A stretch of DNA of 64,000 nucleotides from contig OX597839.1 of assembly GCA_951406725.2 (NCBI GenBank), positions 19,592,001-19,656,000 of the forward strand. The letters run 5' to 3'. The position numbers were made by a program, and so were the translations under genes. Position 1 is the first letter of the stretch. Each line of letters begins with the position of its first letter. The DNA comes from Octopus vulgaris. Lineage: Eukaryota. The notes under the pieces were generated by a model. The model saw nothing but the letters and a program-made list of their open reading frames with translations. It ran no database searches and was not told the origin of the DNA. This document shows positions 1-14,617 of the stretch, piece after piece.

Positions 1-49
<49 letters not shown>

Positions 50-1034
50 ATATGTACTATGTACGTATGTATATACATATGGATGTATGTAATATATGTA
101 TGTGTTAGTGTATATATGTCATAGAAAGAGATGCGTGTCTTTTTCTTTTTCTTGAAGGTAAGTTGGTGTCAGAACAGTATCCATGTTGGAATAACATCGC
201 CAAGAAGCAAAACGCGTAAAAAGGGGGTGAAAAAATAATTATTATTTCTGGTTTTTGATGGTTTCGAATGGTTTCTTGAAAAGGACAAAAAAATCTATTT
301 ATATCTATAAAATTCAACAACGACAACAGCAAAACAGAATAAAAACCTATTAAACACATATCGTTTTTATTTATTTTTCCCCCTTCGAGAAATTTTAACC
401 GGTGTTGTTATAGATTCATCGTAGTAAATTGAAATAGAAAATGGCGTTTGTTATTTCAACGTCATGGATCGTAGTTAAAGTTTGTATGGAGTTTAAATAT
501 ACAGAATCTAATTGTAGCTAGCAGAGAAGCTAAATGGGAGAATGATGTACGGTTTCAGTCACAGGCCGCTCGATAGTTAGTTTATCGCCCTGAGTGATGT
601 GTGATGATATCCTTTAAGTAGAAATGACGTGACATTGATGTAATAGAACAGGGTCGTTCTCTTCCCTTTTGCTTTATTTTTCTCTCTTTTCGTCGTCTTT
701 TAAATGATTTTTCGTTTTAAGGATTTGCCACTCTGTGGTTTATTGTTTTGGTGGTTTGGTGGACGTGGGTGGTTAGGAGGGTGAAGAATAGGGATACTTT
801 TGTTTGACAGGACAAACGTAACATTTATCACTTTTATAGCATGGGGGTGGGTAATGGTAAGGGTGTTATTGGCAGGCAGATATATGTGATGAGTGTATAT
901 GTATGTATATATACATGTACATATACAAATAAATATGTGTGTATGAACATACGTATGTATGAATATTCGAACGTCATTAGACAATATATATAAAATATAT
1001 ATATACATACACATATATACACACACACACATAC

Positions 1035-1081
<47 letters not shown>

Positions 1082-1180
1082 AATACATATATAAACACAT
1101 ACATATACATATATTTATATACACATACATATATACATACATATATATATATATATACACAAACATATATACAGACATAC

Positions 1181-1241
<61 letters not shown>

Positions 1242-1309
1242 AGTACATATATATACACATACATACATATATAATTATATATACATACATATATACACAT
1301 ACATATATA

Positions 1310-1451
1310 TTAGCGGTTCGGCAAAAGAGACCAATAGAATAAGTACTAGGCTTCCAAAGAACAAGTCCTGGGGTCGATTTGCTCGACTGAAGGCGGTGCT
1401 CCGGCGTGGCCACAGTCAAATGACTGACACAAGTAAGAGAGTAAAAGAGTA
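1310..1451 (+). mobile_element. SINE family A, 3' half only
   Basis: ttagcggttcggcaaaagagacc...gactgaaggcggtgctcc...gtcaaatgactga...gtaaaagagta matches the reverse complement of full copies at 11596-12000, 60200-60612 and 61128-61560. Confidence 0.85.
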
Positions 1452-1629
1452 TTGTTTTTTGTCGAATAAAATGTATCGAAATAAATAAAGCCGAAATAAT
1501 TATGCACCAACTCAATAATAATCTTCTTCAAATTACTTCAATACAGTAATAAACACTGCAGCCACTTCGTAAAGGACTCGTGGATGTCCTCTAAGTGGAG
1601 GTATCCAGGAGGCTTGTTACAGTTTCCTT

Positions 1630-2018
1630 TGTGGAGGCGCAATGGCCCAGTGGTTAGGGCAGTGGACTCGCGGTCGTAGGATCGCGGTTTCGATTCCCAG
1701 ACCGGGCATTGTGAGTGTTTATTGAGCGAAAACACCTAAAGCTTCACGAGGCTCCTGCAGGTAGGGGGAGGAGGTGAACCCTGCTGTACTCTTTCACCAC
1801 AACTTTCTCTCACTCTTTCTTCCTGTTTCTGTTGTACCTGTATTTCAAAGGGCCAGCCTTGTCACACTCTGCGTCACGCTGCATCTCCTCGAGAACTACG
1901 TTAAGGGTACACGTGTCTGTGGAGTGCTCAGAAACTTGCACGTTAATTCCACGAGCAAGCTGTTCCGTTGATCGTATCAGCTGGGATCCTCATCGTCGTA
2001 ACCGACGGAGTGCTCCTA
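1630..2018 (+). mobile_element. tRNA-derived SINE family B, full length with 12-bp target-site duplication
   Basis: Pol III A box (tggcccagtggttagg) and B-box-like ggtttcgattccc; direct repeat tacagtttcctt at 1618-1629 and 2019-2030; related copies at 2864, 6647 and 48095. Confidence 0.9.
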
Positions 2019-2224
2019 TACAGTTTCCTTCATCTCTCCATCAGCTTGAAGGACAACCAAAAGTCACAGTGAGTATGGCCTAGATCGTAGGGAAAGTGAG
2101 GGAAAGATTTGAAGCTCATCTCTGTCATGTAGTTGGTTACGAAGATGGAACTGTGGACTGCTGCGGGTGTTCTGGACTTTTGAGACGAAATCCATTCTTG
2201 GACTCCTTCAAAACCTCTTCAAAC

Positions 2225-2310
2225 TACACTCCTGCCATTAAATTTATTCTCTATAGAGAAGCGAGTTTCCTATTGGTTGGCGCTAAGTGAAAGATAAATT
2301 CTGCAGACGG
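2225..2310. repeat. Unclassified interspersed repeat next to (GATA)n; inverted copy at ~4315-4400
   Basis: ctgccattaaatttattctctatagagaagcgagtttcctattggttggc is the near reverse complement of part of 4315-4400; atatgaaagagactg.aatgaagta.gatttgag occurs at 2621 and 4213, each following a GATA tract. Confidence 0.6.
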
Positions 2311-2525
2311 TGTGTAGATACCTAGATAGACAGACAGACAGATAGATAGATTTCTTTATTGGCCACGCATGGATGAACACAAAAGGGACAAAATACAAAG
2401 TAGAGTTTTTCTTTTTAGGAAGAAGAGGAGGGAAAAAAAGGGGGGGAAAAGAGTCGAATTCCGATCAAAAGGGATCGTGAAAAAAAAATGAAAACAAAAA
2501 GTGGGACCGATCAATAGGGATCGTG

Positions 2526-2623
<98 letters not shown>

Positions 2624-2863
2624 TGAAAGAGACTGCAATGAAGTACGATTTGAGAAAGTGGTTATAGATGATGCCCTTGTCGAAAAATAGGATCACCATG
2701 AGCTTCACGGGGGATTAGCTTTATCTGGCCCCTTATGTTTGCGGCAAACAGATGCTCAGCCCTTAAAGAAAACTTATAAGCACTCTGAAGAACTTCATAC
2801 GTTTCTGTAGCTCAGTTTAACACAAAGCTTTATTGCAAACTAGTCTGCAGACTAGCCAGCTGT

Positions 2864-3164
2864 GTTTGTTCCTTCTCGAGCCACGCCTGGCTCATAAGGG
2901 CCGGTTTCCCGGTTTCCTGGCGTATAGGTTCCCCACCTTAACGAGACACCGGTCTGTCGCTGGTGAGCTGCAAGATGCAGGAGGAAAGTGTGAGAGAAAG
3001 TTATGGCGAAAGAGTCAACAGAAGTTCGCTATTACCTTCTGCCGGAACCGCCTGGAGCTTAGGTGCTTTCGCTGACAAACACACACATCGCCCGGTCTGA
3101 GATTCGATTCCACGATCCCTCAACCGCGAGTCCGCTGCTCTAACCACTAGGCCGTGTGCCTCCA
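2864..3164 (-). mobile_element. SINE with family-B head and a different 3' tail
   Basis: Minus strand starts tggaggcacacggcctagtggttagagcagcggactcgcgg (head B); the tail ...ggcccttatgagccaggcgtggctcgagaagg is unlike that of 1630-2018. Confidence 0.8.
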
Positions 3165-3361
3165 CTAACAGCGTGTATAGAAAGTGCTGTTCAAGCCATC
3201 TCCTTCGATCTGGAGTGACAAAAGTTGTCAGGTCAGCTTATTAGATATATATATAATAATGATTTACTAAAATTGCAATAACATAGGACAGTTATAGCTA
3301 TCCTCTCTTAAACGAAGACTCAAACCTTTTGGAAAGCAGCTCGCCTGTGTATCTGTGTAAT

Positions 3362-3575
<214 letters not shown>

Positions 3576-3636
3576 GTAATGTAAGTACACACGTAGTGTT
3601 GGTGATTTCGTTTCCTATTTTGAAATTTTCACTTTC

Positions 3637-3672
3637 TCGTTTCCGACGAAGAGCTATGCTCGAAACGTCGAA
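3637..3672 (+). ncRNA. Minimal type-I hammerhead ribozyme motif, C4 variant (Penelope-like)
   Basis: gttt-CCGACGA-a-GAGCtatGCTC-GAAA-cg-TC-gaac: stem I GUUU/GAAC, stem II GAGC/GCUC, palindromic ACGU stem III. Confidence 0.65.
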
Positions 3673-3683
3673 CTTACTCTACA

Positions 3684-3851
3684 TAGGCGTAGGAGTGGCT
3701 GTGTGGTAAAGTAGATTGCTTACGAACTACATTGTTCCGGGTTCAGTCCCACTGCGTAGCACCTTGGACAAATGTCTTCTACTATAGCCTCGGGCCAACC
3801 AGAGTCTTGTGAGTGGATTTGGTTGACGGAAACTGAAAGAAACCCGTCGTA
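3684..3851 (+). mobile_element. SINE family A, tRNA-like head plus CORE-like segment
   Basis: taggcgtaggagtggctgtgtggtaaag...gggttcagtccc...ccttggacaaatgtctt; other copies read ccttgggcaagtgtctt, resembling the start of the CORE-SINE domain. Confidence 0.85.
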
Positions 3852-4082
3852 TGTGTGTGTGTATACATACACACACATATATATATATATGCATGTGTGT
3901 GAGTGTGTGTGTGTATGTGTGTGTAAATAGCTAGCTAGATCGATAGATACTTATATATATATCTATATCGAAATCTGCGATGAGGGAGCAGTTTCTGACT
4001 GAAGAATGAAGGCTTTGAATGACCCGTTTGTCTTTTTTTTCGTCCCTTCGTGTATTTCACGTTATTTATTTATGTAAAGGTT

Positions 4083-4199
<117 letters not shown>

Positions 4200-4751
4200 T
4201 ACATATGGACAGATATGAAAGAGACTGAAATGAAGTAGGATTTGAGGAAGATTTCGCATCTATTTCTAAAACCGTCGAAGCACCAGGCGGAGGACAGCAA
4301 TTTATTCGTCTGTTTCGTCTGCAGAATTTATCTTTAACTCGGAGCCAATCAATAGGAAACTCGCCTCTCTATAGAGAATAAATTTAATGGCAGAAGTGCA
4401 TTCAAGGGAAACTGAACAAGTCTACAGAATTTTAAGTTTTAATACAGGACATTCCACACCAAAATCGATAGATGTATGAACGAATCTAAAATCACTGAAA
4501 CAGTACTTTAACGTTTAAACAAAGATTTCCAACAAAATATCTGAAAACATAAAATATTGATATTTTATTCAGAGTGTCCGTTGCTCTTTAATGCATAACC
4601 ATAATCTTTGAGTTGATTCAGTTTCGTTGCTGATTTTGATATTCTGAGGGGCAAAGATATTTTTTATAGGTTAATGCTGTCGTATTTTGTTGTTGTTGTT
4701 GTTGTTGTTGTTGCTTTGGTTTTTGTTTTCATTTCTTTTTTTTTTTTCATA

Positions 4752-4788
<37 letters not shown>

Positions 4789-4907
4789 TTTCTTTTTTTT
4801 TTGCCGCTTTTCTTTTAAACCAGTGAGTGGGAAGGTACGAGATGTAGCTAGAGTTGTGTGGTTGTATGAATCAAAAGAAGATAAACAATTCGTTGTATAT
4901 AGATACA

Positions 4908-4965
<58 letters not shown>

Positions 4966-5012
4966 TATATATATACACTTATATATACACACATATATAT
5001 ATATATGTACAG

Positions 5013-5059
<47 letters not shown>

Positions 5060-5325
5060 CATACATGTATGTGTATATTTATGTATATATACGTTTGTGT
5101 ATATACGGTCATAGGCATAAGCGAGAACACATACGCATATGTGTGTGCATGCATGTATGTACGTATGTATGAATGTATGTGTGTGTGTATGTAAGGAAGA
5201 GAGAGGCATACACAGTTAAGCTCTTACACGTATGCATACATACATTTAATCTTTCATAGACACACACACACGTATACACACACACACATAAACACACACA
5301 CACACACACTATATTTATATATATG

Positions 5326-5359
<34 letters not shown>

Positions 5360-5548
5360 TGTATGTATGTACATACAAAAAGAAATACTCACATACAGAT
5401 AGATAGATGCACAAACAGTTTAAATATATAACCAGTCTGGCAGACAGACAGTCAGGCAAATAGACAGAAAGATAACTATATTATATATGTGTGTCTGTGT
5501 GTGTGTGTGAAGAGAGAGAGAGAGAGACAGACAGACAGATAGATAGAC

Positions 5549-5615
<67 letters not shown>

Positions 5616-5621
5616 AGAGAG

Positions 5622-5691
<70 letters not shown>

Positions 5692-5899
5692 GTATGACAT
5701 TAAGAAATTAGGCCAATTGATAGAATGATAGGCCGGACGAGTAATTTGAAATTGGAACTGATCGATAATCGACAATAAGTGAGTTGATGAGAGTAGATTG
5801 GGAGAGAATCTCATAGGGAAGCTTTTATAGGACAAGGATTCCACATGCTCCATTGTCTTCACACAATTACCAATTTGTTTTCTCGACGTTTATGGATGG

Positions 5900-6576
5900 T
5901 TCCGTTGTTCAGGGGACTGAAAAACCGTTAGCATGTGACAATGACGCCGTTCATTGGCACAACCGGCCAGATATCGTTGTGTGGAACAACAAAGACAAGA
6001 TGTGTTCTGTTTTGGAAATCAGCTGCTCTCTGGACAGGAATGCGGTTAGAAAAATGCAAGAGAAAGACTATGTCTCTGGACCATTGGTAAGGAGTTTGCA
6101 AATCCGGTTAACCAATATACAACTTTCAGCTTTATACCCCTTAACATAGGAGCAACAGGGTACATACCAGCCCGACAGGAGCAAAGTATGGCTGAACTTG
6201 AGATCTTTGGGAGAGAATTCAAAGCCTTAATTTATATGCTACTAAGGGTTACGCTATAGTTCTATATTTAAGAGATAAGAAATTATGTACATTATATAAA
6301 TTCGACGGATAATTGTCCTCATCTTCTTTGTTGTTAACACAGCATTTCGTCTGATATACCCTCCAGCCTTCATCAGGTGTCTTGGTTAAATTTCGAACCT
6401 GGGTTCTCATTCCTAAGGTATGTTTTGATGGGGTTACGGTATCTAGGACTGTAAAAATCTGCAAGACGTTCTTAAGATTTAAAGGATGATGGTCAAAACA
6501 AGATATGTTCCTTCACAATCCCGTTACCAAGAAGATGGCCGGTCAAAATTTACTCTAAATTAAAAATGAAAAAGGA
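5900..6576 (+). mobile_element. Degenerate 3' end of a non-LTR retrotransposon with restriction-like endonuclease (R4/Dong-like), ending in (TACA)n
   Basis: ORF 5853-6149 contains HNRPDIVVW...LEISCSLD.N...K.QEK (PD-(D/E)xK-type RLE motif); after an insertion it resumes with ..TVKICKTFLRF; the 3' end runs into (TACA)n. Confidence 0.8.
6254..6430 (-). mobile_element. 177-bp hammerhead-containing (Penelope-like) module inserted into the LINE with an 8-bp TSD
   Basis: gggttacg at 6246-6253 and 6431-6438; minus strand 6337-6381 reads acac-CTGATGA-a-GGCTG..CAGAC-GAAA-tgct-gtgt (decayed hammerhead). Confidence 0.7.
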
Positions 6577-6646
6577 CATACATGCATACATACATACATA
6601 CATACATACATACATACATACATACATACATACATACATTCATACA

Positions 6647-6970
6647 TGGAGGCGCAATGGCCCAGTGGTTAGGGCAGCGAACTCACGGTCGTAGGATCGC
6701 GGTTTTGATTCCCAGACCGGACATTGTGAATATTTATTGAGTGAAAACACCTAAAGCTCCACGAGGCTCCGGCAGGGGTTGGTGGCGATTCCTGCTGTAG
6801 TCTTTCACCGCAACTTTCTCTCACTCTTTATTCTGTTGACCTGCTCGCTTAGCCAGCAGGGTGGCGTCATTTGAAAGGCTAAAAATAAAAGAAAACAATG
6901 CAAAGCGCACTGTGACCAGCGATGTGTAACAACATCCATGGCCTGCTCGGTCACGTGATCACGTGATCAC
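6647..6970 (+). mobile_element. SINE with family-B head and a third type of tail
   Basis: tggaggcgcaatggcccagtggttagggcagc head matches 1632; diverges after ctctcactcttt and ends ggtcacgtgatcacgtgatcac. Confidence 0.8.
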
Positions 6971-7919
6971 ATTCACACATACGCATACACATACATTTAT
7001 ACGAATGCATATATATATATATCTATTCCATATGTTAACAAGCAATCAGTAGAGCAACTACTTGATTCATAAATATCTTATAGAAAAGGGGTCAATATTA
7101 TGGAAAACATTTAAACAATAGAGCGATTTAAATATGTGTATAGCGACGGAATCAAAATATACCGTCGAGCAAACAATACGATCAATATCGTGAGACATTT
7201 ACTGATATATTTAATAACGTTTCTTAGACATGGTATTAGGCATAATGATATAGAATACGCTGTTTCCTCCGTATATTTAAGTCTATAAATATACACATAT
7301 TTAAATAGCCCTCTTGTTTAAAATACTTGTCATTTCATGAGACTTTTATGTCTCAAATAGCGGCAACATTATATCATTATGAGATTGAACTGGAGTGTTT
7401 ATCAGCCAATTCACTTTGGTATTAGAGCGCTATAAAATGTCAATATTTAACAGTTACTGATGCGAGAGATTTAGTATGTTTGAATAATCTTAATTTCCGT
7501 CGTTTCAATTTATCACAGAACCTTAATTCGTTTCATCTCTCGCCACTAGATCTGCGTTAACCGAAATGGCTCAGTGGTTAAGAAGTGGCACTCGCGATCG
7601 AGCGCGACATCGACGTTTCGATTCTAGGACTGGACAGTGCTTTCAGGATCTGTTCTTGAAGCGATCACTGCGAGAGTTGACGTAGGGGACATTGCGCACC
7701 TTTAGAGCTAACGTCGATTTGAGGATGGAAGTGGGCAACACAAACACTGATCGATATAATCGAATCATCTGTGCAGTCTCACCAGCATGAAGCTGCGGAA
7801 AACTCGTCTGCCGTTTATGCCAGAAGGGGCCACTGTAAGTTACTTTCCTTGCCGAATGTATATGATGCGGTATTCCAAGGCATTTTGGATCGATCTTAAG
7901 CCTCTGCCGCCTTGTTTAA

Positions 7920-8318
7920 TCTAGATTACAAGTTCAGGTTTATAGCTGTAATTAATGGGGGCCCTAGGATATGTAACACACTGCCTAAATACCAGTCTTT
8001 AGAAAATAGACTTCCCAAAACCAGAAAGAAGAAAGCTGATTCGAAGGTTACAGATCCAAGCCATCACTGGAACTGTAAATATCTCTAAAACTTTCCAGAA
8101 CTTTATCGTTTATGTATATATAGGCATATCACTACAAAGAACTATATGCTTGAGAGTGTATACATACATAAATTAGAGCATACAAATCTGTATATATACA
8201 TATATACAAAAAGACCATGTTGATATTGAAATTCCAATGAAAGAGCCTGGGATCTAGGTTAGAAACCAGGTCTTTCTTTATAGGCAAGAAATCTTGAAAT
8301 AAAACTGAATAATGACAT
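7920..8318 (+). mobile_element. 3' end and 3' UTR of an RLE-type LINE (TACA-associated family)
   Basis: Decayed frame ~DYKFRFIAVI.GALGYVTHCLNT..PKPERRKLIRRLQIQAITGTV; homologous to 18252-18458 and 39022-39385; followed by (TACA)n. Confidence 0.75.
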
Positions 8319-8464
8319 ATGTACATACATAAATACATATATACATGCCTTCATACATGCATGCATACATACATACAAACATACATACATACATACATAC
8401 ATACATACATACATACATACATACATACATACATACATACATACATACATACAAACATACATAC

Positions 8465-9015
8465 ATGGTGGCTGCCCCCTCGTTATCGAGTATGGCCATT
8501 GCACGAAGCTTAATCAATGTTGTTATCGTGCAATGCCTGTGCAAGAAGATTTTTTTAAAGTGAGGAAAGGCTGTGCACTGAGTCAATCCCACTCACTAAG
8601 CTACAGCAGCCATAATCTGAAAAGAAGAACAAGTCAACATCATCGGTAACCACTGAGCCGCAGGTTTTATGTCGGAGTTATCCCAGTTACCTGAGTTACC
8701 TTCACCTGGAAGGATGCCCTAACAAAGGCTGGGAGTCCTTCATTCCCAATGGTTTAACCGTGCAATCGGGTATTGAGTCCGATTATTTCTATGTCCCCGC
8801 GCATGATACAGCCTTAAGACATTTATTGGATGGCCGTTGACTCTCAAGAGTTCCTCCGCCCTTTGACGGGTTTTGTTTTTCATCCCGCAGGGTGTCCAAT
8901 AAACACCCTCCTCACCAAGCAAGCTTGGTGGGGTTGCCGGTTTAGTCGCCGACGACCCGACGAGGCAACAGGTTGTACTGGGTTACATGTTACCAGTAGC
9001 ACTCGAAAGTGACCT

Positions 9016-9016
<1 letters not shown>
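8465..9016 (-). mobile_element. ~550-bp non-autonomous element, probably RTE-derived (copy 1)
   Basis: Near-identical to 17381-17935 with the same two ends; the minus strand ends ...ctcgataacgagggggcagccacc followed by an (ATGT)n tail; no coding capacity; RTE assignment is from resemblance only. Confidence 0.7.
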
Positions 9017-9053
<37 letters not shown>

Positions 9054-9214
9054 TATACATACATACATACATACATGCATACATACATACATACATACAT
9101 ACACACATACATACATACACACACACATACATACATACATACATACATACATACATACACACATACATACATACATACATACATACATACATACATACAT
9201 ACAGGCATACGTGT

Positions 9215-9537
9215 GAAGGCGCGTGGCTTAGTGGTTAGGACATTCGGCTCACGATTGTAAGGTCCTGGGTTCAATTCCCGGCGACGCGTTGTGTCCTTCA
9301 GCAAGACACTTTATTTCACGCTGCCCCAGTCCACTAAGCTGGCAAAAATGAGATGCACCTGTATTTCAAAGGGCCGGCCTTGTCACACTTTGTGTCACGC
9401 TGTATCTCCCTGAAAACTACATTAGGGGCACCCGTGTCCGTGGATTGTTCAGTCACTTGCACAGTAATTTCACGAGCAAGCTGTTCCGTTGATCGTATCA
9501 GCTGGGACCCTCGTCGTCGTAACCGACGGAGTGCTCC
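9215..9537 (+). mobile_element. tRNA-derived SINE, head C joined to the same tail as family B
   Basis: gaaggcgcgtggcttagtggttagg...gggttcaattccc...tgtgtccttcagcaagacact head; from cctgtatttcaaagggcc to aaccgacggagtgctcc it matches 1838-2016. Confidence 0.85.
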
Positions 9538-10129
9538 TATATATATATATATACGTACAAAAATACAAACGCTCACAGAAATGCAATTAATGTCTGAAAA
9601 GAGACTAGGGAGGTTCTGTTTGTAAATGTGCAATAATTTATGGTAAATGCCAAGAAACACCGTGGTAAGAATAGTGCCATCGGACTTAGAAACTGCGATA
9701 TTGTTTTAATTCTACTCATTGTTATTTTATGCACACCCACTGTCCCACCATCTTTCCCAGTCTCTCTCTCTTTCTTCCAATTCTTTACCCTTTATATGTA
9801 CACACACATACATGTGTGTGTATAAAAGGAATATATATATATATATACACACACATATACATACATATATACATACATATATACATATATATACATATAC
9901 ATACATACATATATATATATATACATACATATATATATATATATACATACATACATATACATACATACATACATACATACATATACATACATACAAACAT
10001 ATATATATACATACATATATATATATATACATATATATATACAAACATATATATACATACATATATATATGCATATATATACATGTATATACATATATAT
10101 ACATATATATATATATGTATATATATACA

Positions 10130-10190
<61 letters not shown>

Positions 10191-10707
10191 GGGAGTGTGT
10201 GTGTGTACGTGTATGATGGCGTGTCTCTCTATGAACGTGTGTGCATGTATTTATATAACTAAAAGGTCAGTAACATTATACGCATGTTAATATACATGGG
10301 TATATATCCTATGTATGTTCATATAACAGGCGCGGTTATATGAATATCTGTATCTATGTACATATATATATATATATGTATGTATGTATATATGAACATA
10401 CGTGTATGTGTGTGTATGTGTGTGTATGTGTGTGGGTGGGTGTGGGTGGAGTGATTCAATTTTTGCATATAGTATTTATTTATAATCTCTCTCCCCGTAT
10501 ATCAGTTAATGAAAAATAAACAGTATCCGATCATGTTATATATAATATAACAGATCCATGAATTAATCAACTGTCAAACCCACAAGCAGACGCACGCGCG
10601 CGCACCCACAAGCCCGCACGCAGAAACAGAGACAAGCACACACATTGATATACACTTTCAAACACACACGTACAAACATCCATAAATAGAATTTTATATA
10701 TGCAAGT

Positions 10708-10765
<58 letters not shown>

Positions 10766-10795
10766 CATGTAACATAGATATTTCAATTTATAAAT

Positions 10796-10848
<53 letters not shown>

Positions 10849-10899
10849 GCACAGACATAAACACACGTGAATGGATTTTTATATGTGCGTGTATATATA

Positions 10900-11120
10900 T
10901 ACTCTTTGTACTGTCTTTTACTTGTTTTAGTCATTTGACTGCGGCCATTCTGGAGCACCGCCTTTAGTCGAGCAAATCGACCCCAGGACTTATTCTTTGG
11001 AAGCCTTGTACTTATTCTATCGGTCTTCTTTTGCCGAACCGCCAAGTTACGGGGACGTGAACACACCAACACCGGTTGTCCAGCGATGTTGGGGGACAAA
11101 CAAAAACACGCAAACATATA
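10900..11120 (-). mobile_element. SINE family A, 3' half
   Basis: Matches the 3' half of 60200-60612. Confidence 0.85.
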
Positions 11121-11595
11121 CACACACCTACATACATATATACATATATACGATTTTAATTTCAATGTCGGCGAGTAAATAAATGTAAGAGTGTGAGAGA
11201 ATATAAAGAGAAGGTAAACGATATAAAAGTTTTGAAACTTTATGATATACACTGTCCCGGCACATAGTTTTAAGTTAATTTTCTCAAGTTTCTGAAGCGA
11301 AATTATTTCACTTCCTTATTTTTCTATATAAATATTCTTTAAGAATTCGTTTTTTTAATATATTCTTACATTTAAACATGGTTTAGTAAAAGAAAACATA
11401 TTCTGTTACCGTTTAAATTCAGAAGACTTTAGTCAAAAGCGAATGAACGTTGCCTCCCATGCACTCCTGAAAGATGAGAAACTTGAACCAACCGAACTGA
11501 AGTATCGGTGATTATATAATCAAAGCATAATCGATACATTTCTTATCTTTCACCCAAGAGTAGATATTCATTATTGACAATAAATCTCTTTCTCT

Positions 11596-12000
11596 CTTTC
11601 TCTTTTACTTGGTTCAGTCATTTGACTGCGGCCATGCTAGAGCACTGCCTTTATAGTCGAGCAAATCGACCCCAGAGCTTATTCTTTGTAAGCCTAGTAC
11701 TTATTCTATCGTTCTGTTTTGCAGAACCGCTAAGTTACGGGGACGTAAACACACCAGCATCGGTTGACAAGCGATGTTGGGGGAACAAACACAGACACAC
11801 AAACATACACACACACACACACATACATATATACGACGGCTTCTTTCAGTTTCCGTCTACCAAATCTACTCACAAGGCTTTTATCGGCCCGAGGCTATAT
11901 AGCAGAAGACACTTGACCAAGGTGCCACGCAGTCAGCCTGAACCCCTGGACCATGTGGTTGGTAAACAAGCTATTTACCACACAGCCACTCCTGCGCCTA
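11596..12000 (-). mobile_element. SINE family A, full length with internal (CA/TA)n tract
   Basis: Ends cacagccactcctgcgccta (head on the minus strand); collinear with 60200-60612. Confidence 0.9.
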
Positions 12001-12558
12001 TAATATATAATTTATACGGGGAAATAAAAGTCATTCCACATATTTAAACATGTCTCAATAAAGTAAAAAGTATTGAGATTATTTTAACTTAAATTAAATA
12101 AACGTTGTCTTTACTGCATCGGTGACAGATATGAGTCTCGAACCAACCGTGTGCATGTATCAGTGATTATATAATCCAAGCAAAATCTTGCCACTTCTCG
12201 GCTTTATGCCAAAAGAACAAATTGTTTATTGGCAATAAACAGATAGTTATATGAGTTATATGAGTAAATAAAAATGGTTTATATAATGGTAGAAAGGTTT
12301 CTATGCTTCTATAATTTTTAATAAGGCGAACAATATTGTCAAGGACAATAAAGGTGAGAAGTAACCATCAATGGGATTTAGAGTAAGCATAAATCAAATA
12401 TATTCATGAGTTTATTGAAGAGGAGATTGCAGCTAATGGTTATATTCTATAGTAGTTGTGTGTACGCATGTGTGTGCTTATATGTTTCTGCTTACATAGA
12501 TACTAATTCTCTATCTATCTGTATATCTATCTATATATCCATCTATCTGTATATCTGC

Positions 12559-12589
<31 letters not shown>

Positions 12590-12696
12590 TGTATGTATGT
12601 ATGTATGTATGTATCTATCTATCTATCTATCTATCTATCAATCAATCCATCTATCTATCAATCAATCCATCTATCTATCAATCCATCTATTTATCG

Positions 12697-12755
<59 letters not shown>

Positions 12756-13066
12756 AATCCATCTGTCTATATATCTGTAGATCTACTTCTCCCCCCCTCT
12801 CTCTCTTAATGAGTGTATATAAACATGTATTTGTATGAATATATGAAATAAACCGTTAGAAAGTTATAGAGAGGTTTTGAAATATTTATAAACATATACA
12901 TATGTATAAATATATGTACGTATGTGTATGTATGTGTGTATGTATATATACATATATATATAAGATGATGATGACGACTACGACAATGATGATGATGATG
13001 ATTCCACTTAGCCATAAAATCCCTTATTCCTTCCTCACTCATGCTATCCATCTATATATCTATCTA

Positions 13067-13114
<48 letters not shown>

Positions 13115-13132
13115 TGTGTGTCTCTCTGTCTG

Positions 13133-13182
<50 letters not shown>

Positions 13183-13219
13183 GATGTCTCTGTCTCTCTA
13201 TGAATATATATGCATACAC

Positions 13220-13266
<47 letters not shown>

Positions 13267-13613
13267 CACACACACAGACACACACATACATACATATAAA
13301 AAGAGTGAGAGTTATGGCGAGAGTGGGAGTCAGAGAGGAGGCAAAGAAAGGAAGAATGTGACGAAACGGCGAGTGCAGCTTCGAAAAGTTTCGAAACGGT
13401 GGAATATGGAATATTTCCGGAATTTAATAATAGCCATTGAGAGTGGACTCAACCATAAAGCAGAGTATATAGTTACGCTTGTCTAGTCCTGTTGAATAAA
13501 ATTTCGGCTCCTGCCAAGAGAGAAAGGATTTCGTTTATTCTGAACCATACGTATAGAAAGCTATATGTGAGTATGTCTGATACTTTGTGTGTATGTGCGA
13601 ATGTATAAATGCA

Positions 13614-13693
<80 letters not shown>

Positions 13694-13913
13694 CATGTAC
13701 GGATGTATGTATGTATACATATACATACATATATATACATAAATATAGAGAGAGACAGAGAGGGAGAGAGAGGTAGTATGAGGAAGAAAAACAAATATTT
13801 ATTGAAAGAATATTAACTGTGTGCGTATATACATACATATATGCATACATTCATTTACTTTAATGTATGTATACATGTTTATATATACATAACATATCTC
13901 TATCTATATGTCC

Positions 13914-14031
<118 letters not shown>

Positions 14032-14047
14032 ATATATATATGTGTAC

Positions 14048-14089
<42 letters not shown>

Positions 14090-14122
14090 TATATGTATGT
14101 ATGTATATATATATATGTGTAC

Positions 14123-14240
<118 letters not shown>

Positions 14241-14550
14241 GTATGTATGTATATATGTGTATGCATATATATATATATATATATACACACAAACACCCAC
14301 ATACAAACGTGTTTATATTTGTAGATGTATACGTGTGTATACATTCATAGACACAATACACATACACACATATATAATATATATTTATATATATATGTAT
14401 ATATTAGCTATATAGAGAGACTGAAGAGAGAGACAGACAGAAAAACCGAGACAGAGAGACAGATGTAGAGAAATAGAGAATTAAATAGATGAAAATATAA
14501 ATAGAAAAATATATGTGGGGGTAGATAAACAGACAGACAGACAGATAGAC

Positions 14551-14617
<67 letters not shown>

